A DNA stretch of 64,000 nt, taken from contig NW_026515685.1 in the NCBI RefSeq assembly GCF_025526975.1, positions 1 through 64,000 of the forward strand, written 5' to 3'. Shown piece by piece: positions 1-10,611 of this stretch. The notes beneath the pieces were generated by a model. The model saw nothing but the letters and a program-made list of their open reading frames with translations, searched no databases and was not told the DNA's origin. The number at the start of each line of letters is the position of its first letter. Within the stretch, counting starts at the first letter, position 1. Position numbers and translations under genes: made by a program. This stretch comes from Fimicolochytrium jonesii. Lineage: Eukaryota.

Positions 1-162
1 AGTCAAAAATTCGAACTGTAGAACACACCCAAAGCCAGAAACTCGAAAATTTCTAAAGTCCCTATGGTTCCAGGCAACCCAATAATAAAACCCAACCCAG
101 GGGGTCTTGTAACCCTAACCCTAACCCTAACCCTAACCCTAACCCTAACCCTAACCCTACCC

Positions 163-940
163 TGTCAATGTCAATGCCACTCCCCCTCTCTCCTCTCATT
201 TTGCCAATCCTCTTGCAATATCGCCACTCCTCCTCTCTCCTCTCATTTCGCCAATCCCCCCCTCGGCTTCTCCACACCCCCCACTACTTCCCCATAGCCA
301 GCAGCTGTAGCAATGCTCTCTACGCTCGCCACGCACGCTCTAGGAGCATAGCTGATGCCCCCCCAGTCCCCTCTTGTTGTTGTAGTTCTCTGATCTGCTG
401 GGTTGCCTATCTATAAATAGCCGGCCTCTCTTTGTCCGTTCCCTTCCTCCCCAGCAGATCAACACCAGTTCTTCTCATCTCCTGTTCTAGTCCTTGTTTC
501 TTGTTTTGCCAATAAAATCTCTTGTCGCCTATCACTCTCGCCCTGTCTTCTCTACTTCGCTTCCGCCTCCGTCCCCGAGATCATAGCAAAAATGAGTCAT
601 TCGCCGCCAACTGGAGAACACCCCCATATTGCCTGGAAACAAAAAGTGCCAGGAGTTGATGAATACTAGAGTAGATGAAGGTTCCTAGATGTTTTTGGGG
701 ATGTTTTCTGAGACATATCTCACTTTAAGCGAAATCCATCCACTCAGAGTTTCAGAAAATGCATTTTGGCAATATTTTCATAGTAAAAAATCGGAAAAAC
801 AGATTTTCCCGGGGCATTGAGTGGAAAACATGCCCCAAGATTTGAAGCACATTACAGTAAGATGCCCCTGAACATTGCTAGCAACTTTATTTGACACTTT
901 TTGGATGGCCAAAAATAACCCATAACCGGGAACAGTCCTG
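163..940 (+). mobile_element. Telomere-inserted module B, copy 1 (778 bp, non-coding)
   Basis: Near-identical to 2333-3110 (offset 2170). Ends AACAGTCCTG|TAACCC. Contains a TATA-like CTATAAATAG (411-420) and AATAAA (511-516). Confidence 0.75.
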
Positions 941-1189
941 TAACCCTAACCCTAACCCTAACCCTAACCCTAACCCTAACCCTAACCCTAACCCTAACCC
1001 TAACCCTAACCCTAACCCTAACCCTAACCCTAACCCTAACCCTAACCCTAACCCTAACCCTAACCCTAACCCTAACCCTAGCCCTAACCCTAACCCTAAC
1101 CCTAACCCTAACCCTAACCCTAACCCTAACCCCAAACCCTAACCCTAACCCTAACCCTAACCCTAACCCTAACCCTAACCCTACCCTAA

Positions 1190-1241
1190 GTCCCTAGGGT
1201 TCCAGGCAACCCAAAAATAAAACCCAACCCAGGGGGTCTTG
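1190..1241 (+). mobile_element. Telomere-inserted module C, heavily left-truncated copy (52 bp)
   Basis: Matches the last 52 bp of 1708-2279 with one substitution. Same right junction GGGGTCTTG|TAACCC. Telomeric repeats on both sides. Confidence 0.75.
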
Positions 1242-1417
1242 TAACCCTAACCCTAACCCTAACCCTAACCCTAACCCTAACCCTAACCCTAACCCTAACC
1301 CTAACCCTAACCCTAACCCTAACCCTTACCCTAACCCTAACCCTAACCCTAACCCTAACCCTAACCCTAACCCTAACCCTAACCCTAACCCTAACCCTAA
1401 CCTAACCCTAACCCTAA

Positions 1418-1670
1418 GATGTTTTTGGGGATGTTTTCTGAGACATATCTCACTTTAAGCGAAATCCATCCACTCAGAGTTTCAGAAAATGCATTTTGGC
1501 AATATTTTCATAGTAAAAAATCGGAAAAACAGATTTTCCCGGGGCATTGAGTGGAAAACATGCCCCAAGATTTGAAGCACATTACAGTAAGATGCCCCTG
1601 AACATTGCTAGCAACTTTATTTGACACTTTTTGGATGGCCAAAAATAACCCATAACCGGGAACAGTCCTG
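1418..1670 (+). mobile_element. Telomere-inserted module B, left-truncated copy (253 bp)
   Basis: Matches 688-940 with the same right junction. Left end is capped by telomeric repeats. Confidence 0.75.
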
Positions 1671-1707
1671 TAACCCTAACCCTAACCCTAACCCCTAACC
1701 CTAACCC

Positions 1708-2279
1708 TGTTCTTCAGCCAAAAGCAAGGTTACACAAGATTTGCTACCACATCAGCTATGCAAACCATAGGCTACAATCAACTTTCATTAAGTGCCCTAC
1801 ACTGGATAGTCAGCCAGATGTTGAGATATCACCACATTTTCCAACTTTTTACCCCCCGTCGCGTGAAAATTTCGTTTTTCTAAGTTTCTGAAGCCGTTTC
1901 CGCACGGATTGCCAATCCGAGAGTACTTCAATTAGAGAATATGATATGGGGCCAACTTTTCAATTAGGACGCCAACTCCGGATCGGCACTAGAAAAATCC
2001 CAATTTGCACAAGTCCTATAACGTATATATAACATATATGTCCCCTTTATATCAACCCCCCCCCCCCGTACCCGCACCACCGCCCATATGACCCATCACT
2101 TGCCCTTGCACACCTAGTCCTCCCCGACTTGCCTAGGTGCGCAATACCCCCCGCCACTACCTCCCTCAGAGTCAAAAATTCGAACTGTAGAACACACCCA
2201 AAAGCCAGAAAACTCGAAAATTTCTAAGTCCCTAGGGTTCCAGGCAACCCAATAATAAAACCCAACCCAGGGGGTCTTG
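1708..2279 (+). mobile_element. Telomere-inserted module C, longest copy (572 bp, non-coding); a further partial copy lies at 1-109
   Basis: 2170-2279 matches 1-109. In both places it is followed by about 8 telomeric units ending in the CCCTAC variant and then module B. Confidence 0.75.
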
Positions 2280-2332
2280 TAACCCTAACCCTAACCCTAA
2301 CCCTAACCCTAACCCTAACCCTAACCCTACCC

Positions 2333-3110
2333 TGTCAATGTCAATGCCACTCCCCCTCTCTCCTCTCATTTTGCCAATCCTCTTGCAATATCGCCACTCC
2401 TCCTCTCTCCTCTCATTTCGCCAATCCCCCCCTCGGCTTCTCCACACCCCCCACTACTTCCCCATAGCCAGCAGCTGTAGCAATGCTCTCTACGCTCGCC
2501 ACGCACGCTCTAGGAGCATAGCTGATGCCCCCCCAGTCCCCTCTTGTTGTTGTAGTTCTCTGATCTGCTGGGTTGCCTATCTATAAATAGCCGGCCTCTC
2601 TTTGTCCGTTCCCTTCCTCCCCAGCAGATCAACACCAGTTCTTCTCATCTCCTGTTCTAGTCCTTGTTTCTTGTTTTGCCAATAAAATCTCTTGTCGCCT
2701 ATCACTCTCGCCCTGTCTTCTCTACTTCGCTTCCGCCTCCGTCCCCGAGATCATAGCAAAAATGAGTCATTCGCCGCCAACTGGAGAACACCCCCATATT
2801 GCCTGGAAACAAAAAGTGCCAGGAGTTGATGAATACTAGAGTAGATGAAGGTTCCTAGATGTTTTTGGGGATGTTTTCTGAGACATATCTCACTTTAAGC
2901 GAAATCCATCCACTCAGAGTTTCAGAAAATGCATTTTGGCAATATTTTCATAGTAAAAAATCGGAAAAACAGATTTTCCCGGGGCATTGAGTGGAAAACA
3001 TGCCCCAAGATTTGAAGCACATTACAGTAAGATGCCCCTGAACATTGCTAGCAACTTTATTTGACACTTTTTGGATGGCCAAAAATAACCCATAACCGGG
3101 AACAGTCCTG
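2333..3110 (+). mobile_element. Telomere-inserted module B, copy 2 (778 bp)
   Basis: Near-identical to 163-940. Confidence 0.75.
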
Positions 3111-3199
3111 TAACCCTAACCCTAACCCTAACCCTAACCCTAACCCTAACCCTAACCCTAACCCTAACCCTAACCCTAACCCTAACCCTAACCCTAACC

Positions 3200-3277
<78 letters not shown>

Positions 3278-3300
3278 CCCTAACCCTAACCCTAACCCTA

Positions 3301-4610
3301 ATTTTACGGAAATTCCATGACGAACTCGCCACCGGAGGACATCTCGGTGTTAAGAAGACTCTTGCGAGAATTCTTACGGACTATTACTGGCCTACCGTAC
3401 GCTCCGACGTCATCAAATACGTTGGAACTTGCAAATCCTGTCGACAATTCAAATCTGGTCATCGTCGATACGGATTTCTTCGACCTCTTCCTATACCTTT
3501 TGGAAGATGGCACACGATCGGATTCGACATTTTCGAAGTAGATGAAACAAATTCTTGTCTCGTCTGCATTGATTACCTTTCCGGACGTGTGATTCTGACA
3601 CCGATCAAGAAGACAATTACTGGACGCGAACTAGCCCAAGTCTTCCTGGATCATGTTTGGAAACATGTCGGTACGCCAAAAGTCTTCGTTACGGATCGCG
3701 AACCTCGCGCACTTTCCGACTTCTTCCTCGCATTCGATATTCTCCTCGGTGTAAAACACGAATTCGCTACGGCTCGTCATCAGCAAACTGACGGCAAAGT
3801 TGAGCGAGCCATCCAAACCCTGAAAAGGATTTGGAAGCAATACCTCAACTACGACAAAAGCAATTGGAAGAAACTATTGCCTTTAATCGAATTCGCATAC
3901 AACACCGCTCCGAGGGAGGAATATGAAGGTTTATCGCCATTCGAAGTAGATCTCGGACGCTCTCCAATCCTCCCGGGTTGGAATTCAACACTCGAAGGAC
4001 AAGAACTCAAACTTCGAGCTGTAGATTGAAACGAAATCGAACTCTTCAAGAAAGGGCAGGAAGATATCGCCCGGATCGTACGCGAAAACCTTCAGAGATC
4101 GCAAGATCAATTCGCACGTCAACACGACAAAGGTCGAACGCCAATCGCATACAAAATTGGCGACCTCGTCGATTTAAATCGACAAGGAATCAACCTAGAA
4201 GTAGACGCTCGAAGAGGACTTCGATACTCAGCTACGTGGATCAGACCATTCAAAATCATCGCACTAGGAGCACATCCTGATACCTACGAACTCGATTTAT
4301 CACCATCAAAGATCAGCGGCATCTGGCCCGTCTTTCACGTCGATATTTTACGACCACATCGCGAAGAGCAATATCCGCAACGTACAGTTCCACAACCTCC
4401 TCCACCAGTCGAAGAACGCGGACAACCCTGAATGGGTTGTAGAAGATATCATCGACGAGCGACTGCGCCGTACGAAATCTTCTAGTCAAATGGCTCGGTT
4501 ATCCTGACCCTACTTGGGAACCCGAATCCGCACTTCGCTACACGCCTGCCTACAATCGATGGCGAAAAGCTCACCCACAATCTTTGTGGATACGGAGACG
4601 AACAGCATAG
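3301..4610 (+). pseudogene. Gypsy integrase with C-terminal chromodomain, frameshifted
   Basis: Open frame 3301-4029 reads FHDELATGGHLG...YYWP...CKSC (HHCC zinc finger), then GFDIF / VTDRE / GKVERAI (D,D,E). After frameshifts come WIRPFKII...WPVFHV (GPY/F module) and EWVVEDIIDER...LVKWLGYPDPTWEP (chromodomain). Confidence 0.92.
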
Positions 4611-4923
4611 AGCATCTCATATCACATCACACGCGCGACGCCGCAAGAACCGCTCACTATCAATCACACCGCTGACAATAGCGACGTAAACTACATCACA
4701 TCACGCGCGGCGACGCAAGAACCGACCTTACACACACGCATCACACACGACGTCGGCTTAGGGACGCCTTTGCCTCAAAAACACACATCACACAGTGCGT
4801 CAACACTATAAAATGAACAAGTGCGTCAACACTTTAAAATGAACATGAGCTCTCCCTTTCTTCACATATCCCTCGTAGTTCACCTCTTATTTATTCGGCG
4901 CCCTCCTCAGGATCTGAGGGAGG

Positions 4924-5198
4924 TGTCGCGGATATCTCATCTTCACTTGTATTTCATATTATATCTCTTTACTTCTACTTGATCCGAGACCCGGGCTGGC
5001 CACCCGAGCTCTCGGTGATACATTACATAAGGCGCCAAGCCTCAGTGAAGCCACGCAAGCCCCACTGGCAGCCCATATATAAAGCTGTCAGTCGAGCGGC
5101 CGCTGCGAAAAGCTTCTTACTTTTTTCTTCACTACAATACACTGCTCTCAGCCCTCTCAGAAGGGCCCAACATCGTCTACGTTTCCTCTGACGTTACA
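4924..5198 (+). repeat. 3' LTR of the chromovirus (LTR family 1, 275 bp)
   Basis: TGTCGCG...CGTTACA termini, PPT immediately upstream, internal TATATAAA. Confidence 0.85.
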
Positions 5199-5289
5199 AA
5201 TAGACAGCCAGCGATGACTACGTCCGAATGAGACATACGGAACACCTATACCGGGACGGCTTCTGGGCACTATATACGACTTCTGCACC

Positions 5290-5943
5290 TTAACCCGCCA
5301 CCGTGATAGCCGCCGCTGCCCCGGCACCGGGGGCTCCACCGGCTCCGGCTCCGCCTCCACCAGGCGGACCCCCTGGACCACCTCCCCCGCCGTTTCCGTC
5401 ACCGTCTCCATCATCACCCGAACACGAATCATCCATGTGCTTTCGCAAGTACTGGAGTCGCTTCATCATCTTGTCTCGCTCCTGTCTCTCGGCCACATCA
5501 CTGCGGCGCTTCCCCTCTTTCATCTTCTCCTTCGTTATGCCGCCTTTTCCTTTATATCGCGACTCCGAGACTGCCTTACATCCAAGGTAGTCTGCCTCCT
5601 CCATCAATGCCTCGAACGACCCCTTCTTTCGCTTCGATCGATCCAGTTTTGCCTCCGTCAACGCCAGGTGCTTCGCGAGGTTCTCATGGTTATCCTTCCG
5701 GTACCTCAACGTCGCCACCTCCGTCGCCAATCGAAGAGCTTCTCTAACTCGGGCTTTCGACATCGAAGAGTCGCTTGCAGACGCTGCGGACGATGCACGC
5801 GTAGAGCGCGTAGTCGGTCGTGAGGATCCCGGCGGAGGTGCAGCTGGAGGGGCTGCTGGCGTCCCCGTCTTACGGGCTGTTTGCTTCTTCTTGCCGTCGC
5901 CGCTCTTCTTGCCATTCCCGCCGTTCTTGCCTCCGTTCGCCAT
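5290..5943 (-). CDS. 217-aa basic, Gly/Pro-rich accessory ORF antisense to an LTR element, with histone H3-tail-like KQTARKTG motif
   Basis: Intact ATG-to-stop ORF lying just inside a PPT plus LTR (6205). Its C-terminal codons (AAA[A/V]ITVAG*) are conserved in a second, inverted family copy at 6440-6484. Confidence 0.6.
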   Translation of the reverse strand: MANGGKNGGNGKKSGDGKKKQTARKTGTPAAPPAAPPPGSSRPTTRSTRASSAASASDSSMSKARVREALRLATEVATLRYRKDNHENLAKHLALTEAKLDRSKRKKGSFEALMEEADYLGCKAVSESRYKGKGGITKEKMKEGKRRSDVAERQERDKMMKRLQYLRKHMDDSCSGDDGDGDGNGGGGGPGGPPGGGGAGAGGAPGAGAAAAITVAG

Positions 5944-6204
5944 TGTTTCGCGTATCGTGTGGTAGTCTGGGATACGGTAGTTGAGTGTGGGAACGTTGGT
6001 CTTACCTCTCTGGGGCGACTGACAGCTGTCTCTTGTTTTATACTTGCGACGTTTCCCTCCTCTTTCATTTTACTCTTTCATTTCTTTCATTTTTAGTCAT
6101 AGCTATTCACCCAACGTCCGCCCGCTTTTCGCGTACGGCCGCACCATTGTACTCATTGTTTGATTTATCTTTCACTTAGATAGACTCGTGAGTTTGAGTG
6201 GGGG

Positions 6205-6439
6205 TGTTGGAGGTATCATCCTCCCGAGTCCCCGGTTAGGGTTCCTGTAGTTTATTTCCTCACGTGACTCCCCTCCCGCTTACGCCACGCTTCCGCGTAC
6301 GGGAGTTCACTCTTTTCTTCCCTTTCGGACCTCGCGTCCTCTTTCTACTTCAGACTTCAATACATACTACACAGTACTACATCTCACACAACATAGAGTT
6401 CGCTCAGTCATCTGCTTCCTCTGCCGACTACTGCTAAGT
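6205..6439 (+). repeat. 3' LTR (LTR family 2, about 235 bp) preceded by PPT-like GAGTGGGGG
   Basis: Highly similar to the TSD-flanked copy at 15466-15699. Confidence 0.8.
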
Positions 6440-6440
6440 G

Positions 6441-6575
6441 CCTCCGGTGCCGGGGCAGCGGCCGTTATCACGGTGGCGGGTTAAGGTGCCGAAGTCGTAT
6501 ATGGTGCCCAGAAGCCGTCCCGGTATGGGTGTTCCATATGTCTCATTCGGACGTAGTCGTCGCCGGCTGTCTATT
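6441..6575 (+). repeat. Inverted copy of 5199-5333 (3' end of the accessory ORF and downstream sequence)
   Basis: About 135 bp reverse-complement match with roughly 9 substitutions by eye. Confidence 0.9.
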
Positions 6576-7536
6576 GCTAGCGACACGTCCTTCTTGGTGC
6601 AGAACAACGACGTGGGCAACTTCAAGAAGGTTAGGGAACTGGTGCTTCGAGGATTTGACCAGGTTTCCGTGGAGTCATGGAAACGCAAGGTTGCAAAGGC
6701 CGTGAGATGGGAAGACTGGTATATCCAGAAGAAGCATGTTGTTTTGAACGCGCTTCTATGCCAACGTCACTGGTCATTGACTGGGAGGATGGTGACAGTG
6801 ATGTGGAGGATGTCTCAGATGCTGAGATTGAGGCGTGGTTTGAGGAGGAAGGCATGATGGGGGATGAATAGGCAACATTTTGCATTGATTTTTTTCTACT
6901 GAATAGGCAGATTGTCAGAACCGGACTTGACACTCTTACTTTTTTATGATTGTCTGTGTGCTTGAGAGAAAGAATCTAGTGGAAAAAAGAAACCGGCGAT
7001 TCCGGTGGAAAATGCTGTCAACCAGTTTCTTGGCTCCTATGAGGCGACGCGGGTGCACGCCCGTCAATTCGCGCTAACTATGGTGTCGTGATCTAATAGT
7101 TACATTCTTATTATCGAGCTTTGGTCGGGCGGGAGGAAGCTCGATATTCTCGACCGCATTTCCAGCAATTGATAACAGTGTCCTTACATGTAAGCCAAAC
7201 AACAGTCCTTTGCCGTGGACCGATTGTACCTTCCCGGTACGCCGATTTCAGGGTGATAGACAATCAAAAAAAAAAGAACTCTTCCCAGGGTCCCCACTGG
7301 CGTCTCCAAGTTCATTTAGGTTACCGTAAAAGTATCCACATCCTAGTTCCGGAATATTGACTGGATGCCCATTCGATAGTTGGCACAGAAATTGTGCGCA
7401 TTGAACCGGAATTCCTCTAACCCATGTCCAACTGCTGTTCGCACGGAACCTTTCGCCACTTCGGTGTTCAAAGCTCTCATTTGAACATTTGCTACTACCA
7501 CCAAGATCTGCGAAAGACCGAGACCATCCTGACGGT

Positions 7537-9720
7537 TCAGGATTTCTCCCCGCGTGGAGTCCTTGGGAACAAAAACGTCTCGTGCGGCAACGCTTCCTGT
7601 GAATCCGCTGATGCCGTGTCTTGGTCCGTGGCGGCGGTAATCGCTTCCAAGTAAAGATCTCTTGTCCACGATACCCCGTCGCGAAATTGCAGGAAGCATC
7701 TCAAACTGCGCGCAAACAACGATCCAAAATTCGCATCTAGCTTGGTTGGCAGTTGTGCGCGAGCCATTTCCTTGCAGGCGTAATAGCCGCCTCCCACATA
7801 CGCCACAACAACATGAACCGCTGTCCAATTCTGTAGGATCATGCCACTGACGTGCATGCGGTGGATGAGTGTGTCTCGCTCGCCGAAATCTCGCGGCATC
7901 TGATTTGCCAGCCGACAGTGGATGTCGCGAAGCAAGGTCACTAGTCCTGCCTTATCTTTCACATTTTTGGATCTCGCGTCTCGCCGCATGCCGACGTTGG
8001 CTGCAACAGACCACTCCGTACCCCACCCCTCATCGGTTCCGATATCATCGCTCTGCATTCGATATTTCATCAATATCTACACGTAAACAAAATAGGTCGA
8101 AATTATAAACCTACCGTGAAGAGGTAATCACATTTGGCCCCACAAGCCGGCTTTCCTTCCACGGATCGCCTGCGTCGACTTGACCGAGATTCGACTTCGC
8201 CACTGTGAATGAATCCGATGAGAATCGGCATCGTAGCATCCGTCATGATCTGGCTGACAAGTACTTACTAATGCGTCCTGATCCCCTCCGCCGCAGCCCC
8301 CGCGAACAGGTCAACGAAGACATGGGCGTCACCATCCCGTTCTGACAGAGGGCCCGCCGGCAAACCGCTGTCAATGACGTGGACGAATTTTCCCAGCATT
8401 TGGATGATGTACAAGGCGTCCTTATCGGATATGAACTCCTCGCTCCAGCCCACCGGCACCCCCCGGGCTGCTATCTCCCCCGAGGCGGTCTTCTGCCTTT
8501 TAGAGAAGCGAGAGTGCTTCTGGTCGCTCGTTTCCCAAAGAGTCCGCATCATTCCTTTCCGTCCCTCATCCAAAACGCCGCGTCCCACGATCGCAAGCGC
8601 ATGCGTGTCGATCTGTAATGCGAGAACACAAGGTACGTGAGATAGTCAAGACCGACGCTTTCCACGACAAAGACTCACCTGGCGCACGCGGGCCAAACAT
8701 GCCGCCGCTGCTGTGGACAGCTGATGCCAACGCTCTTCTGCATACCCTTTCAATGCAGACGCATATGCCTTCTCGACGTCCTCTTTGACTCCTCCGAGGG
8801 ACGCCCTCTCAGTGGGGCTATCGAGGTCTACAATTTTCTTCCACAACAACCTAAATCCGAGCATTAGTAAGCGTCGAGAGGTCCTCGCTTAATGCGTCGC
8901 CACTACCTTTCCCGACATTTGGGAGCGTTCACACGCGCGGCATTGAGCGCAGCAGTCCAGGCGGGCAGTTCTGATCTCTGCTCCACTTCCTCCGGGAAAC
9001 CTTCGTCCTCCACTTCGTTGGATGTTTCCTCCGTCGACGCAGGTTCCGTATCTGGCGTTCGGCCAGGTGATGCTGCCACTTCACGCTCTTCCAACCCCAA
9101 CCCGCGAATCTCTTTGACAGCACTGACGCGTTCGACGTTCCCTTCGCAAGGGGTTCCCGGTCGCTCCTCGTCATCAGGCGAAATAGGAATAGGATCACGA
9201 TTCAGAAGCTTCCGGATGGCTGCTTGTTGCTGCTCATGAACATAACGCGCCTCCAGGTTCGCCGTGGGCCCACCTCGTTCCAATGCTTGCAAGTGGGCAG
9301 TTTGCAGAAGAGTGAACCGCGTCTTGAGTGCGTCGGGATACCTCTTCGGAAATGGTCATTACATATCGAGGATAAGTTCATCCGCTCCTCTGCGACGCTT
9401 ACCCTATGAGGAAGAAGGTCGCGTTTGCTCCGCTCCATACAGAAGTCAGACCACCAGTGCAGGAAGTGCTTGCTGTAGAGACCGGCTGTTCCAAGCGTTT
9501 TCTCAACGTGCTCGAGATATGCAGCGAACGATACAAGGTGATCCGGTTGTGGACGGCGAAGGGGGCACTCGGCGAGAAGGAACAAGGCAAAACGGCGCCA
9601 GGCGGAGATCAAGCTGGGCCTTCCAGCATCGGGAGAGGGAGAGGTGCCCAGCATTCTTCGCTATGCTCTGACTGAAAGTGTGCAACGGCCAGCAATGCGC
9701 ACTCCTGCGATGGGTCATAT
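7537..9720 (-). pseudogene. Multi-exon, disrupted gene; C-terminus resembles fungal CRN-associated REase-fold (PD-(D/E)xK-like) domains
   Basis: Colinear minus-strand ORF segments. Motifs GEVESRSSRRRR...GAKCD, K...DK..L...LRD and GGGYYACKEMARAQLP resemble that family as I recall it. Frame changes and stops occur between segments. Confidence 0.4.
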
Positions 9721-10357
9721 ATACAGAACGTACTGTACATAGCTGGTCGGAGTTCGGCCGTCCGTTCGTCCGGACAAGCACGCGGTAACGAAATGATCGC
9801 TTTAGCTAGATTGCCTGCGCAACCTCAGGAGCCAATCAGCAGTTGGCAGTTTCCCTTTATTCTGACGGAATAGAGGGGAATCGTTGAACTGCTGCGCCAC
9901 TCGTCCTGCTGCGCCACTCACTTCTCTCCCCTTTCTGTTTTACCTCATCTTTGAACGCGTGTCTGCGTTAGCGAATTGCTGGAACGAAAGTCCTGAACTA
10001 AATACAGTACAATGAAAAATCGCAGATCGTGTTCGCTAAGCTAACAGTACAGCCAATTTGTAAACCTAGCTGAGCATTCTCTGCTCTCCTACGGTTTCGT
10101 TCATCATCTCTTTCCGGATTACCTCCGTCTCCTCCGTTTCTGAACTGATCGGGTCTCCTTACCGCGCTGCATCTACGCGCGCGCCCCTACCCTAGGCCAC
10201 CCTGGGTCCGATCATTGAACGGTGACTCAGGTTAGTTGACTGCACCAGGACGGGGTGTGGATGTTTTGCGTGCTCGTTTCAATCAACGTGTTCATCCGAC
10301 AGTGCTCTACAATGCAGAGTAATTGTTTTCTGCCGGTGTGGACAATTGCGGCGGGGC

Positions 10358-10611
10358 AACGGCGATCCCATCGTTCGGCAATGGGCTAGCCATAGGGACG
10401 GATCTTACGCCGTTGCCTATGTGTGATGGGACCTTCGGCTTCCGCCCTGCGCATAACCTGTTCGCAATTGTGATCCAGCCGAGCAACGGCATATAAAGGA
10501 CAGTGGTAGCTGGGAAACGGCGATCCCATCGTTCGGCAACGGGCTAGCCATAGGGACGGATCTTACGCCGTTGCCTATGTGTGATGGGACCTTCGGCTTC
10601 CGCCCCGCGCA
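10358..10611. repeat. Direct repeat, 2 x 96 bp (10358-10453 and 10516-10611), each able to fold into a long stem-loop
   Basis: Two mismatches between copies. Internal pairings TCCCATCG/TGATGGGA and GGCAACGG/CCGTTGCC. Confidence 0.9.

Larger units (their letters stand above)
110..3301 (+). repeat. Telomeric (CCCTAA)n array in six tracts (about 110-162, 941-1189, 1242-1417, 1671-1707, 2280-2332, 3111-3301) interrupted by non-telomeric modules
   Basis: Direct TAACCC tandem repeats with occasional variants (CCCTAC, CCCTAG, CCCCTAA, CCCTAAA). A C-rich + strand at the window start indicates a left chromosome end. Confidence 0.97.
3301..5198 (+). mobile_element. 5'-truncated Ty3/gypsy chromovirus LTR retrotransposon (integrase-chromodomain, PPT, 3' LTR)
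   Basis: Integrase and chromodomain coding remnants, then a purine tract GAGGGAGG directly before a TG...CA LTR at 4924-5198. Confidence 0.92.

Noticed and set aside
625..690. Possible hammerhead ribozyme in module B (TTGATGA...GAAG)
   Set aside because: Lacks a canonical CUGANGA...GAAA core with supporting stems. A covariance search is needed to exclude a variant.
62..2586. ORFs in the telomeric zone (GLGLGL, NPNPNP, LTLTLT and the 82-aa ORFs)
   Set aside because: Translations of telomeric repeats or pyrimidine-rich module sequence with no protein features.
110..3301. CRISPR-like repeat-spacer array
   Set aside because: The repeats are telomeric hexamers and the inserts are repeated and of variable length.
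4620..4850. Short tandem duplications between integrase and PPT
   Set aside because: Common in retrotransposon 3' untranslated regions, with no further signal.
5199..6575. Single DNA transposon with 135-bp TIRs
   Set aside because: No TSD, and both repeat boundaries coincide with LTR ends, so nesting explains it better.
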